This document shows positions 26,654 to 40,478 of a DNA stretch of 64,000 bases, in pieces. The stretch's first letter is position 1. Every line of letters begins with the position of its first letter. A program made the translations under genes and the position numbers. Location of the stretch: NCBI GenBank assembly GCA_965113315.1, contig OZ220363.1. One strand, given 5' to 3'. The notes under the pieces are model-generated. The model made no database searches, had not been told where the DNA came from, and saw only the letters and a program-made list of their open reading frames with translations. Origin of the DNA: Podarcis vaucheri. Lineage: Eukaryota.

Positions 26654-28189
26654 ATGCATGAGATACATCTAGCTTTTATTTTGGACGTCTAGAAGACATC
26701 TCTTGCAGTGATGTTTAGAAGTCTTAATGCACCTTTTTAGAGTAATGATTCCAAAATGGAACTACTTTTGCTTTCTATGAGGAAGATAAAGCGTTCCTTG
26801 CAAAGCTAAAGAGCCCTTTGGCAGAAGCCAGCAAAACAAGATTTATTTTCTTCTCAGAGTGGCTTCCAGTGCACTTTAGAATAGTATTGTAAGTGTGATT
26901 GCGGCTGAATTTCAGTAGTTGCTTTTAAGAGGCTATCAGAGAACTTCTGCAATGCCATCCATAGAGTGGCATCTGTAACTATTTTCAGTTATTGAACAGT
27001 TATATAGATGGGAATCCTGACAGTCAGCTCTGAATGAATTCACAAAACCAGGTTGTTCTCATCACCGTGTGGCAGGACTGACACCAAAGCGAGGTTGCCT
27101 GAACGTCCAATGTGTGATGGGCTTCATACCACACTTTCAGAAAACCACCTTATTTTAGTCTTACTTTGCAGCGTCATCTCCTTCAGACGACTTGATTCTA
27201 TGTGGTCTTCCATCATGTGCTTATTGCAGATGTCTATCTCCACCTGATTATCAAGAAAGCTGCTGATACCACCCATTGATTGATTCTAACTGGGGTGAAG
27301 AAAAGACATGTTGGTGACTTTAATCCCTTTTCAAGGTCAGCGTGTACATAGCTGCTTATTTATGTATTTAGATGTATTGATTTAAAATATTTCTATACTG
27401 CTCTTCATCAAGGGTATCACCCATCTGCCTTATTAATTTTCCCTTTCCTCTGCTTCTGGGTAATTTAAACACAAGCTTCCACGGAAACTAGAGGAGTGAT
27501 AAACTTTGAAGTGCAGGAGCTCATCACGATAGTCCCCATAGCTCCAGCCCCAAATAGAATCCAAAATGGCTGACAGCTGTGTTGATCCACCCGCAAGAAT
27601 TGCCATACATTGTTAAACAATGACTGCAATCCTATGCATAGTTTCCTAGGCGTATCTCAATTGAACTTAATGGTGCTTAGTTTTGACTGTGTAAGTTCAA
27701 CATGTAAGACACACTGAGCTTTACCAAAAGATCTTCAGTCAGCTGAAATGCAACCATTTGCTTTTAATGAGAAATGCAAGCAATCTAACAAAGAAATATT
27801 ATCATTTAAACTGCTAGCGGGAAGTAGACGCAGGAGCCCCATCAAAGGAAAGAAGTCTTGAGCCTCAGTTTGGTGTTTTTTTCCTCATTTTCTGACTTTG
27901 TCTATGTCACAAACCTGGAAGCCTCGTTATCACTTCATTCACTTTCAAGAGCAAGGTCAGTTTCTCTGGTGTTCAGGAGGACAACGGCATCACTTGCGCT
28001 CTGTAAAAGCCTAGAGCTATGCTCCCCTGAGTTCCTCCTCCACCACACCATTGCATATAGAACTAAAAAAAAGTAATATAGCAATAACGTAGATGAAGCA
28101 ACATTCTACTTGGAGCCAAAGAGTTGGTGTCCCAATTTAATACTTGGTCATCAGTGGTTAGTTGGAAGGCAGATCGTTTTGAAGACTGA

Positions 28190-28538
28190 CAATGTTTTGT
28201 GTGTTACGCTAAGGTCTGTCTGTTTTTGCTATTTATTTTGCATTTTTGTTTTTTGCGGCTCTTTTTCGTTTTGATTTTGTGACTGTGTGGAACCCAGTTC
28301 AGCTACTGATTGATTGGTTGTGTGACTGCAGTACATTGTTTGTTGCTTTCATTTTATGGGTCAATGGTCTCCTTAGATAGTAAAATTCATGTTAAATTGC
28401 TGTTTTAGGGGTTGTTTTTAAAAGTCTGGAATGGATTAATCCATTTTTGCATTACTTTGTATGGGAAAGCGTAGTTTGGTTTTGGAATGCTTTGGAACAG
28501 ACTTCCAGAACGGATTAAGTTTGAGAACCAAGGTACTG
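28190..28538. mobile_element. Tc1/mariner-pogo family non-autonomous element, one end only
   Basis: Ends in ...GAACGGATTAAGTTTGAGAACCAAGGTACTG, resembling the reverse complement of the CAGTGGTACCT TIR family; the other TIR was not found. Confidence 0.55.
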
Positions 28539-30293
28539 TGGTTTTTAAAAAATGTGTTGCAAGTGACTTGAAGACTTTCGGGTAATAAGCAGCTAACAAG
28601 TCTAATAAATTATTATTATAGGGTAGCCTTCAAAATCTGAAGTTTTACAGAGAAGTGGCCATTAGAAACTTGATAGATATGCTGAATGTGTTTCAAAGGG
28701 AAAGCAGACGTGATCAGAGAGACTCCCAGAGGGAGTTTCATTTGACTGATAAGCACCCTGAGTCAGAAGGTGAATACGTGCATAAGCGGATCAACAGATG
28801 GAGGAAATCCTACCCAGTGTACAGTTGTGGTGAGACGTGCTGAGTCATAACCTACTTGCTATGAGAGAGACTGGGAAACAAACAAGAGGTGGCTGGGGAT
28901 ATCAGAAGGTCCTGTGTGGATGTTGGCTGACAAAAATGGTCTTCTGCGCCTTACCTAAGTTGAAATTTATAGCAAGGGTTGATAAAGTGTAGATTACTTT
29001 ATCTCTAACCAGTTGTAGGAGGTTATTCAGAAAACAAGTTATGACTGTTTAAAAACCAAGTGTTTTGTAGATACTGTAACAGATAGATTTTTTTAAGCAT
29101 ATAAATGACCAGGAAAATCTGGCAAGTCCTATTAAAATATATATGGAAAACTGAAATATAGGAAGGTGACCAGCACAGAAATCTGCTTTTATTAGTAAAA
29201 TGTGGTGAATTAAAGGCTGCTTTAAATATATACATATACAGATTATGCAGCCATTTTATCTAAGGACTGAATAATGTCATTTATTTTAAGAACTACACCT
29301 CCCCCATATAGGATTTTAAAGTTCTCTGCCTAGTACTTTCTCATGTAGATAACACTGTAAAAACGCACCTTTATTTGCCTTTTAATTAAACCTGAGTTAT
29401 CAGAGATCTCAATGCTGCTTTTTGTATTCTGGGAGTGAAAAGGGTTGGGACAACCTAACGCAGATATCATCAACTAATTACAGGACATCTTCTTTTTCTT
29501 TTTCTTTTTTCTTTACTTATTGAACTTCTGTTACCAAACATATTCTGGCCTGTGGGGAATTGTTTTCAATTTCTCTTACATGCTCCTAATCTTCTGTGAG
29601 GGGGAAGGGAGGAGAATTAATTAAAACAATTAAAGACACTTTTAATTAGATAGAGCACAGGAGACAAATAAGAGCCATTAACAGCATTTCCTTCCCACCT
29701 GTCAAGATGAAATGAACATGGAATCATGAGTTAAATAACATTCACAAAGAAATACGTTTTGCATGGTTTTACAGGCATGCCAAGGAAACAGTTGTGTGCA
29801 AACCAACCAAATGTTTGCTGTGGTTGCAGAAAGCCGCCAACCACAATTTACTACTAGGGGTTCTCTCCACACTGTCAAATTTTGAGGCAGGGAAGGATTT
29901 GAGCACATATTGGAAATGCACAAATAAAGGGGACTAAAGAGCTCTGTTGCCCTAAAACAACAAATCCACATTATTACTGTATTATTTTTAAGGAATCTTT
30001 GTAGCTGAAAGGTGATGGGGAAATGAATAGAAAAGTGTGAGATGAACAAGTGTGATCAACATGATGCATAATCACTGTGCAAGCCAATCAGAACAAATGC
30101 CCAATAAAGAACCAGACATGTCTAACCTCCAGGTTAGCTTTGTGCAAGCAAATCAGGATGATGATTTAATAAACAGGTTGTCTGGTGGAGTCTGTGGATT
30201 CACAAATGCATCATATGCAACCTGCACCTGGAACTAAGAGATGTATGTACGTATGTGCCAGGTAATATTTATTTTATTTATTAAATTTATATA

Positions 30294-30519
30294 CAGTGGT
30301 ACCTCGGGTTACATACGTTTCAGGCTACAGACTCCGCTAACCCAGAAATAGTACCTTGGGTTAAGAACTTTGCTTCAGGATGAGAACAGAAATCGTGCGG
30401 TGGTGGTGCAGCAGCAGTGGGAGGCCCCATTAGCTAAAGTGGTGTCTCAGGTTAAGAACAGTTTCAGGTTAAGAACGGACCTCCAGAACGAATTAAGTAC
30501 TTAACCCGAGGTACCACTG
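30294..30519. mobile_element. Tc1/mariner-type MITE (CAGTGGTACCTCGGGTT family)
   Basis: Perfect TIR CAGTGGTACCTCGGGTTA; TA TSD; inserted in an L2-like tail. Confidence 0.92.
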
Positions 30520-31959
30520 TATCGCCCTTCATCCTAAGATTTCAGGGTGGTTCACAAGATAAAGGTAATATTCCACAGTGAAGTGTTCTGTAAAGTTCTG
30601 TGGAACTGTAGCATTTTAGAATAATGGCTACAAGTTCCCATCCTAATCCTGCAAGCAGGACTTGAGTACAACAGCACTCCGCCCTCCTGTAGCTTCCAGC
30701 AACTGGTATTCAGAAGCATACTGCTGCCGACAGTCGAGGTATAACATAGCCATTGATAGCCTTATCCTCAATGAAGTTTTCCAATTCTCTTTTAAAGGCA
30801 TACAAGTTGATGGTCATCATGGCCTTTTGTGAGAGCGAATGCTATAGTTTAACTACACACCATGTGAAAAAGCACTTTATCTGTCCCAAATTCAGGGGTT
30901 GTCAATGTGATACCCTCCAAATATTGTTAGACCCCAGCTCCTTGACCATTGGCCATGCTAGCTAGGACTGATGGAAGTGGAATCCAACAACATCTGGAGG
31001 AAACCACATTGACTTTCCCTTCCCTACCTCTAAGTATCACAATATACTGTGTCTTGATTGCTCTAAGTCTCTGGAGCATTCTCCTTGCATGAAGGAGTGA
31101 ACTTAACAAGAGTCCTGCTAGATCAAACCAAAAGCCTATCCAGTCTAGCTAGCATCCTGTTCTCTATAGTGGCTAACCAGATATCTCTGGGAAACCCACA
31201 AGCAGGGCATATACTCAACAGCCCTCTCCTGCTCTTGCTTCCATTGTTCTTGCCCGGCCATGTTTTCTTTAAAAAAAAAAATCGAACAAGTTACACAGCG
31301 TATCAGGAATTTCTGCTGAGATTCTAATTTTCATACACTTCAGATTAGTATCAAGGTGAAATCTTCTCTCCACACAGATTGTCAACTCAGTACTAATGTG
31401 CCTTTCGGAAATTGTCTGTTGCTCTGTGGGAATTGTCAGTAACCGTGTCATTATCCCTGTTTACATGACAGAACTATTTTTGCATGTCCCATTTAGCATT
31501 TGCTAAACTGCTGCCTCTGCTTGCTCCTCCCTGCTAACAATGGACTTTGGGAGTCATTTTTCTTCTGTATAATTACAACTTTGTTTTTAAACTCTTGCAC
31601 AGCGGAAGGCTTTTGCTTCAGTAACATTCAATTTGGCATTTTCCACAGTTCTGTGAGGTCACCTCTGTGAGAATGCCCCAAGAATGTGTGAGGCAATTCT
31701 GACCTTGAGATTCAAGGTTTGAGGCTCACCTCACTCTAATTTTACACTCACAGACAACTCATTACCGCTCCCCCAGATTCTGTAAGCAATCTATGCTTTC
31801 CCACCATATGCATGCCTTTAGTGTTGTCCCCAGAACTCTGCACAGAGATCCAACCAAAACAACACTCGTAACACATCATTTATTTTAGTATGAAAGGTTT
31901 ACGTGTGCACTGTTCTTGCTCTCTGAAATTCATGAAACTTAAACAACAAAACTTGGGCG

Positions 31960-32127
31960 GCTGTAAAGACTAACAATTTTGTTGTGGCATAAACTTCCAT
32001 GGGGCAGAGTCCATTTTATTAGGCGCTCAAAAGCAACTGACCCATAGAAGCTTGTGTCAGTCTTCATGGCGCCACATGAGTCTTTGTTGGTTTTGCTCCA
32101 ACAGATTATCACACCTACTCCTCTGGA
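31960..32127. mobile_element. Degenerate older Penelope-like terminal repeat
   Basis: TAAAGACTAAC...GCATAAACTTCCATGGG and CCCATAGAAGCTT...GTCTTCATGGCGCCAC form a decayed inverted arrangement like that at 9602. Confidence 0.4.
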
Positions 32128-33419
32128 GTGTGAAATTTAAAGTGCTTAGCTTTGGGCAGACCTTGCCCATTGGACTTACGCACGGGCCACTTAGCACCAA
32201 GAATGCTGAATAAATAATCAATAATAACAAGTATCTGTACTAGTTACTTGTTAGTCCTTTCAACAGTTACCACCATTTATATTATTAGAAACCAGTATTG
32301 TTTTTCAGTGCTTTTAAAATGTTTTAGTGCTACACTGCTTAAGTTAATGCCTGAAGTACAATTTTAAAATAATTAAACCAAACACTAAATAAAGCCAAAA
32401 CATTTATCTCTCTCTGCAGGTGTTTACATGTTTTTGCCTACTGAGATTATTATTTTTAATGCTGTATCTTTAATTGATAACTTGAAGGGAAAGAGAAAAG
32501 GAGAGGAAGTCAGAAGAACAGAAGAAAGGAAAACCTCTCCCTGACTTCTGAGTCATAAATTTAACAGGTGTGACCTTTTGAAATAGTGGAAAATTCACCT
32601 TAACCTGCCTGACAAGTAAAAGGTGTTTTACCCTATGATTTTGTTTTTCTTCAGGAGGGCCTTGTTATTTTAATTTTTATGTGTCTCTGCTTTGATCAAC
32701 ATTGATTTGTGCAATCCTATCCTGGGCCCAATGTGGGCAGATCCCCCACTGCTGCAGTAATATCAGTGGTCTCTGCTGCAATTTGAGGATGGGCCCCCCT
32801 CAGAGCATGGCATTGCGGTTGAAGGGGCCAGGACAGAGATCCCTTTGGCATGGCAGCTAAAAATTATGTTTAAAAACAAACTTTAAGCCAGCTTTAAACC
32901 GATTTTTCAAGCCATTTCGGTAAGGCAGTGGTGGCACAGGCACTCTCTAAGGCAACTTCACCCACAATAGGACCCCTTCTTCAGAATGAGGTATGGGAAT
33001 TGGCACAGCGGAGCCCCACAGGTGACACAGTGAATCAGGGATGTGGGAAGTTGCAACATCCTAACAGAAAGAGGGGAAGGAATCGTGCGCGAGTCCAAGG
33101 CTCATGGCAGTTCTTTTCTGCTCATGCACAGCTCACCAAACCACACTCAGCCCAGTCTGTCTGCAGATTTCATGATTGCATCTCCTGGCCTCAACCTACT
33201 CCATACTGATAGGTCTACTGGGGAAAGGCAATTACCAAAATCAAATCAGGATACTCTGATTTGGGTTCTGAATAGGTGAGAGATAGCTTCTGAGAGGACT
33301 GATTGAAGTTACTATATCTCTCTGTGTCTCTCCTACCTACACAAACCAGAAGGTTATGAATTGCAGGGTCTGGTGAAGAAATCTGCTTATCAGAAGCATA
33401 TTTGCACAGTGAAACAAAG

Positions 33420-34000
33420 ACTCATAGAACTGTAGAGGTGGAAGGGACCAGAGGGTCATCTAGGCCAACCCCCTACAAGAAGAAGAAGAGTTTGAACTTG
33501 ATATCCCACCTTTCATTCCCCTTAAGGAGTCTCAAAGTAGCTAACAATCTCCTTTCCCTTCCTCCCCCACAACAAACACTCTGTGAGGTGAGTGGGGCTG
33601 AGAGACTTCAAAGAAGTGTGACTGGCCCAAGGTCACCCAGCAGCTGCATGTGGAGGAGCAGAGACACGAACCCGGTTCACCAGATTACGAGTCCACCGCT
33701 CTTAACCACTACACCATGCTGGCTCTCCTACAATGCAGGAATCTCAACTAAAGCGTCCATGACAGATGACCATCCAACCTCTGCTTAAAAACCTCCAATG
33801 AAAAAGAGTACACCACCTCTTGTAGGAGTCTGTTTCACTGTGGAACAGCTCCTACTGTCAGAAATTTATTCCTGATGTTTAGTTGGAATCTCCTTTCTTG
33901 AAACTTGGAATCCATTGGTTTGAGTCCTTCCCTCCAGAGCAGGAGAAAACAATCTTCCTCCATCTTCCATGTGACAGCCCTAGAGATATTTGGAGATAGC
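33420..34000 (-). mobile_element. CR1 LINE 3' end interrupted by a SINE
   Basis: CATAGAACTGTAGAGGTGGAAGGGACC... resumes after 33726 and aligns with the CR1 at 55791-56157. Confidence 0.8.
33479..33726 (-). mobile_element. tRNA-derived squamate SINE nested in CR1
   Basis: Reverse strand reads GAGAGCCAGCATGGTGTAGTGGTTAAGAGCGG...GGGTTCGTGTCTC (A and B boxes) with a (CTT)n tail; TSD CCTACAA. Confidence 0.85.
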
Positions 34001-34415
34001 TTGTAATATCCTGTTCTTCATATTTGTGTTTTAAAGGCAAATATTTAACCACACAGAGTACCTGTGAAGCATTTAGGTTCTGCTGGGCTAAATATTACCT
34101 TTGATGTATAACCAATTACCAGAGCATTTCTCCTTGCATCACAGCATTTTCCCACATGCACTACACATTCTGGAGTGGGGTGGGGAAGCATTTTCAGCTT
34201 GAGGGCCACATTCCTCTATCAGCAAGCTTCCAGGGCCACATTCCAGGAGTTGGTGGGGCCAGAGGCCAAGGTGTGGGGGGGGCAATGAAAGTGCTACTGT
34301 TTTACTGTTGTTCCAGTCCTACATGGATGGCCAACTTCAGAGGGTGGTGCTGGGGGGATGCCATGTGGCCTGATGGACCCTCCAGTGTAGGGTGCCACAG
34401 GAGTCAGTTTTATTA

Positions 34416-34458
34416 TGTTGTTGTTATTCTGTTGTTGTTGCTGCTGCTGCTGCTGTTG
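34416..34458. repeat. (TTG)n(CTG)n microsatellite, likely the tail of an RTE-like fragment
   Basis: gttgttgttattctgttgttgttgctgctgctgctgctgttg seen directly. Confidence 0.8.
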
Positions 34459-34767
34459 ACATCTTCCTGTCTCGAGAGACATTGGAGTGCGCCTCCAGGA
34501 GTGTCGTCAAACCGCTGCATTAGCAGCACTGAAGTCACCTCCCTGGAGCACAACCCTGGGTTATTCTGCACCAACAACTTAATCTCACGTTTGCTAACAT
34601 CCTGGTAGTCTGAATATCAAAGCAAGCAAGCAAGCAAACAAACCAAACAACCAAAACGCAGTATGTGGGTACAGGCCATGTGTTCACATTTGTTGTAGGC
34701 ACATGCACACACATTCACATATATACACACACAGGTACAGCTCCCAAGATTTGTAGATTTGTATGGG

Positions 34768-35286
34768 TGTTGTAGGAAAATATGAGGAGGAATTTATTGA
34801 ATAGTTCCCGGATCCTATCTGTCTTGGAAGATTAGGGTTTGAACAATAGCCCTGGCCAGGTCTTGCAAATATCTCTTCATTGTTAAGCATTAGTGATATG
34901 TGGCCACGGGAACTTAATAACTGAAGGATTGCTCTCGAGGATTGCTCTTCTAAAAGGCCAGCAAACATAATGAAAGAAGATGCCTCCCCTGCCCCAACAC
35001 ACACACTCCCTGCTGAGGATGCTATAACCCAATGCTTCTGTGTGAAGAACAGACTGTAGTTTGAGACGGACTGCAGACAGAAGAAGAAAGGTGTGTGTTA
35101 GACTTTGAAGCATCTTACTGTTGGAGTATCTCCAATGCTCAACCCGTGTATATTTGTAAATACAGTAACTGCAAATACTGCAATAACACCAATAAGCCTC
35201 TACTGTGACCTTCTTCCAAAGGAAAACTATAGCTGAGTAAGTGCTGCACGCCTGGAACTTCTCACTTGTTGGAGAAGTGGGGCACA
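34768..35286 (+). mobile_element. Possible ERV-type solo LTR
   Basis: Begins TGTTGTAGG, ends GGGGCACA, with TATAA- and polyA-like motifs inside; no clean TSD. Confidence 0.3.
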
Positions 35287-36656
35287 GTATCTGTGTAGAT
35301 TACCTGCCTTGTCACTTTGCTGGATCCTCTAGTTTTCTTTTCTCCAAAGAAGAGTGAAGCTAACTTTGGGGGAAGGTGAATGGCAGGAGCTTATTATACC
35401 AATGAGCAGAAGCTAGTTCCTATTTCTCTTCCACAAGCACACGTGTGTTACCTGCTTGCTCCCTGGTGCAGACTTCCCAGAACCATCGCACAAAACTTTA
35501 AACAAATAAATAAGAAAAGTGACTTGTACATTGTCTTAAGGAGACAGTAAGCTGTGTTATGTTTCCACTGATCTGCAAAGGTTAAGGAACACATTCTGCC
35601 AGATAAAGTACAGAGGGTCTTAGGTTAACCTGCAGAGAGGCTTGGGCTATGTGAATCTTGAATATTAAGCCAAACTGGGTAAGTTCTCAGTGCTTCTGAT
35701 GTGTTCCCACAAAAACCCTAAATATTTCCCTTCTTAGCAAGTGTAGTAGAACAGAGGCAAGCTGTTGCATAGTTATTTCTCTCTCTGTCTGCCTCTGCCA
35801 AAGGGCAAACAGTGTTTGAGTCTGATACTAGGCAGAACCAGAATCAACTGGTAGAAACATTGTGAAATAAAATTGCAGCCAAGGAAGGGGAAAGGCAGTA
35901 GTTGTGCTTAACATTCATGACTTCTTGCCCTGTCAACGCTGTTTCAACTCCAAAGTTCAAAATCAGTTTGAACGACAGTGGCCTTTCCACTTGATCCATA
36001 GATCCTCAGACCAATGTGAATTCATGAACCTTCCTGGATGGAAGCTTACATTAACCCTTGCAACCCAAACCCCTAGCTTTTCTTCAGTCTAAATCCGACC
36101 TTACTGTTTGCTATATCCCCTACAACATTTATGCACCTTTACACTGTTGCACCTCTAAATTAAATATATAATTCTTATAATCATTATCCTTTTACACTAG
36201 ATGTCATTCTGGGCAACACTGTAGCCCTGGTTCAGCCCAGTAGATTTTTCCCATGACAGAAGACTTCCCCTTTAATTGGCATCTTGTTTAAACCAACAGC
36301 AAAGGCAGAATGAAGGCATGTGGGAGCCACAGATGTGGTGGATAAATTGCTGTCCTTGGAGTTGCAAAAGCAATATTTAAATTTGTGTTCAACCATGAAG
36401 TTACTGGATACCTTTGAGCAGATCACCATGGTTATTCTCCCTCCCTGTGTTTCCCATCACATGAGACGAAGAATGAGGCTGTGCTCATTCATGCTATGTG
36501 CCACATCATGTGCCCTGCCATCCTCAGCCCACCATGTGTTGGAGATCTGAAGAGAGGAACCTGCTCTGTGCATGCAAGTCAGAACCCTGTGCAATCAGAT
36601 AAAAGAAAGTACTTCCTCATGCTGCGCATAGCTAGGACAGCTCTTAAAGTAGATTA

Positions 36657-37185
36657 TTCATTCATTCATTCATTTTATATACTGCACTTTATGAGAAGAT
36701 CCCATGGTGCTGTACAACATTAAAAAACCCCCCACAGAATATCAATAATAAAAGCATAATGACAGGCAGCCTGACAGTAAAATAATCATAATAATAACAG
36801 ACCACTTCCCCACACATTTACATGCCATAGATTATTTAATAGCCATAGGACTGGGTAAAGAGGAATGTTTTTGCCTGGTGCCTAAAGACATGCAGTGATG
36901 GCACCAGACGAGCCTCTCTGGGGACAGCATTCCACAATCAGGGAGCCACCACAGAAAAGGCCTGTTTTCTTGTTGCCACCCTCCAAACCTCTCTGGTATG
37001 GGGGAGGGCATAGAGAAGGGCCTCAGATGACAAGTGCAGGGTCCAGGTTGGTTCATACGGGGAGAGGCGATCCTTAAGGTATTGAGGTCCTGAGCTGTGT
37101 AAGGCTTTATAGGTTGACACCAGCACTTTGAACTGGGCCCGTAATCTAATTGGCAGCCAGTCAAGTTGTGGCAGGATTGGTATTG
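36657..37185 (-). mobile_element. L2 LINE 3' fragment inserted in a CR1 fragment
   Basis: Minus ORF LVSTYKALHSSGPQYLKDRLSPYEP...RKQAFSVVAP is the typical L2 ORF2 C-terminus; (TTCA)n tail; CR1-like sequence on both sides. Confidence 0.85.
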
Positions 37186-38684
37186 GATTAGACCAATTCG
37201 TGGAGGAGAGGGCTATCAGTGGCTACCAGCCATGATGGCTATGTTCTGCCTTCATGGTTGGAGGCAGGAATGCTTCTGAATGATGGTTACTGGAAGCTGC
37301 AGGAGGAGACAGGGCTCTTGTGCCTGGGCCCTGCTTGCGAGTTTCCCACAGGCACTGTGAGAACAGCAAGCTGGACTAATGGACCAGCTTGACCCAGCAG
37401 GATCTATGTTCTTCTCATCAGGGTTTTTAATATTGTGGGGAGTAAGCTCTGAACTTCAGATCTTCTCCAACACATGTCCCAACTGAGAAGGCGCTACTTG
37501 CACTAGAAGGAAAGTGACCATCACCACCATATACAAGTTTTAAAGTTATATGGGGAAAAATCAGGCACTGCTAGAAAGCATGCAAAGCAATGCATTAAAA
37601 ACAGTTGGTCCAATAAAAGTTATTTCATCATCAGTTTTATCACTTATTCTTCATGGCCAAATGGAGCAACTATCACCTACAGTACTATCGTGCCGGGAAA
37701 TTCGGTGTTTGTTTGTTAGATTAATCTACAGGCTTCTAGCTAGGTTAAGCAATTGCCATATCGCGTAGCACGGGTTGCTTTGATGCTAGAAGTTAATTAT
37801 CCACACTTTAATTATCCCATGGTTTAGCAGTCATTTACCCCTTCCCAAATGAACTCTGGCAATTGTAGTGAAGGGATGGGCCACAGCATAGAACAACAGC
37901 TAGGGATCCCAAGAGCAGAATTCACATCACACTCACCATACTGCTATACCCAGGGTTCTGGGGGGGGGGGTGCGGGGGCGGGAAGCGCTTTATTAAAATT
38001 ATTTTTTTTACAAAACCACCAGATATAAAGTTTTTGTTTATTTTTATTTATTTATAAAAAAATTGTATACCTTTTGTCATAAAAATATATCAAAGCAGCT
38101 TACAGCATTAAAAACATACAATTATAAAATAAAAACCATTAAAAGGTTAAAAACAGACACCAATTAACCATTGTGGAAGGATGCTTTCTTAACTGCCTGC
38201 ATAGGTCTGCTTTTCAGCAGGCGTTTATGTTTACGTTGTGCTACCAGTAGTCCTATTAAGATGCCTCAGGAATTTTTATTAATAGCCTTCTCCTTGTCCC
38301 ACCCATATTAAGTGCATGGATTTCTTTACCCAACTTTCAAACTGCTGTTTAAACCAATGTGTTTAAAAAGCCATTTGGAATTTTGGCATGGGAAAAAGTC
38401 TCATGCATTTCCTGCATTTCAACAAAAATTTCCACCCAGACTGGCAAATATACAGAAAACAATCTACACACAAACAGCAGCAGCAGGGAAAGGGGAGATG
38501 GAATGGAATGGAGCGTTCAGTACTGCAACATTTTGTTGCACGCATCACCTGTTTTATCCAATTCTTCAACTCTTCCTTCTCAGAGCTTTTCTATCTCCTT
38601 TTCTTTGATTAGAGCAGATTTTACAGACTGTTCAGAAGCTGAAATTTATCCTGGAGCAACCAATTTATTTCATTTACCACTCTC

Positions 38685-38727
38685 CTTCATCCTTCCTTCT
38701 TTCCTTCCTTCCTTCCTTCCTTCCTTC
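38685..38727. repeat. (TTCC)n microsatellite
   Basis: ccttccttctttccttccttccttccttccttccttc seen directly. Confidence 0.9.
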
Positions 38728-39172
38728 TCAGGCTGTTTTAAAATGCCCTCATGCAACTGCAGTTATGCAATGGCTGCAGGCAGTTTCACACGTATGAAGT
38801 GTACTTTGTTCTCAGCTGTTCAGAAAGTGCAGGACATGCTTTTCCAGGAAAAGAAAGATTACCTAGAAGGTGTGGCAAGTTATCATTAAACAAGCATATC
38901 TTTCATTATAACCTCAGGAGAATGGAATCAGGTAGGAATTACAGCAGATGAGACTTGCATACCTGAACAATTTTGTCAAGCGTGCTTCTACTTTGCAAGA
39001 GGCAGGGGGGTGGGGTGGGGACGGGTGTTGTCCAGCATCCATGGGAGAATTTACAGTAAAACTGTGGGGAAAGGGGCTGTTGCAAAATCACTAATATGGA
39101 AAAGTGAGGGGCCACACAATGTGAAAATTGTTCCATGGAAATGAGGACTTGGAAGTTCAAAGGAAGCCAGTA

Positions 39173-39414
39173 CAGTGGTACCTCGGGTTACATACGCTTC
39201 AGGTTACATACGCTTCAGTTTACACACTCCGCTAACCCAGAAATAGTGCTTCAGGTTAAGAACTTTGCTTCAGGATGAGAACAGAAATCATGCTTCGGCG
39301 GCATGGCGGCAGCGGGAGGCCCAATTAGCTAAAGTGTTGCTTCAGGTTAAGAACAGTTTCAGGTTAAGAACAGACCTCCAGAACGAATTAAGTTCTTAAC
39401 TAGAGGTACCACTG
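39173..39414. mobile_element. Tc1/mariner-type MITE
   Basis: TIR CAGTGGTACCTC, TA TSD, same family as 30294. Confidence 0.92.
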
Positions 39415-39618
39415 TACTGGCATTGCTGGATTTCGCCAGAAAATAAAAGAAAGGCACCCAGATGGGGCTGGGAGCCTATTTCTCTTGCTACTCAGCCTCT
39501 AGATGGCCTCCTACCGTGGCATGGGAGTTGCCATGGGAGTTAAAACCCAAGCTGCTATACAAGTGTGAATACAGGAAGCATAGCTGTGGGATCAATCATA
39601 TGACTCTTTTCCGATTGT

Positions 39619-39620
<2 letters not shown>

Positions 39621-39661
<41 letters not shown>
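39621..39661. repeat. (AAT)n microsatellite
   Basis: About 13 perfect AAT units. Confidence 0.95.
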
Positions 39662-39662
<1 letters not shown>

Positions 39663-39891
39663 GTGTTGCTTCAGGTTAAGAACAGTTTCAGGTTAAGTTA
39701 CAGATAGGTAGCCGTGTTGGTCTGCCATAGTCAAAATAAAATAAAATCTGAAGAAGTGTGCATGCACACGAAAGCTCATACCAAGAACTAACTTAGTTGG
39801 TCTTTAAGGTGCTACTGGAAGGAATTTTTTTAGTTTCAGGTTAAGTACAGACCTCCAGAACAAATTAAGTACTTAACCCGAGGTACCACTG
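39661..39891. mobile_element. Truncated mariner MITE carrying a nested Penelope-like terminal repeat (39699-39831)
   Basis: Right end of the MITE is interrupted by the 9602-family element; 15-bp TSD AGTTTCAGGTTAAGT at 39684-39698 and 39832-39846. Confidence 0.85.
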
Positions 39892-40478
39892 TATAGGAAT
39901 GAGAGCTGGTTGGTAAAAGGGGCTGGTGAAACCGGCCCCCGCCAGGGCGCAGGCCCATGTGTGTGTGCCGGAACTGAGTTCCGGCAAGTTCCAGCTGACA
40001 AAAAGCCCTGAGTGTGTGTGGCGAAGCAACACTACGATTGTGGGGAGATAAAATGCACGCGAAGCTTCCCTCCCTTTTCGCACTTTGGAACAAAGGCGCA
40101 CAAATATATATTTTTTGCCCTTCCTCCTCACCTTGCCCTCACTCTGAGTACTTGGGTCGCATAAAATGTAGTAATTTCTAATGTGGCCATTACTGTAAGG
40201 GATTTTTTTTTCCAAAGGGGAGGGGGATACAGCTCCTTGCCAAGGGCACAGGGTATCCTAGGTATGCCTCCGCATAGGGTCAGGCATTTAGGGTTGGACC
40301 AGCCATTTGCACTGTGGTGGTCGACAAACCGTCATGTTCCTCTGCCACTATCAGATCAGTAGAGCCTGTGAGGGCATCTATGGAGGAACACACCCCACAC
40401 AACACATGCAGCTTGCAGTCTCACATGCAGCATGTGAAATGGTGCACTGCAGTTGTATTTGGTTTGGGAACTTGTATA

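Noticed and set aside
38359-38889. 176-aa ORF
   Set aside because: No recognisable domain; it runs through a (TTCC)n microsatellite and has no exon-like support.
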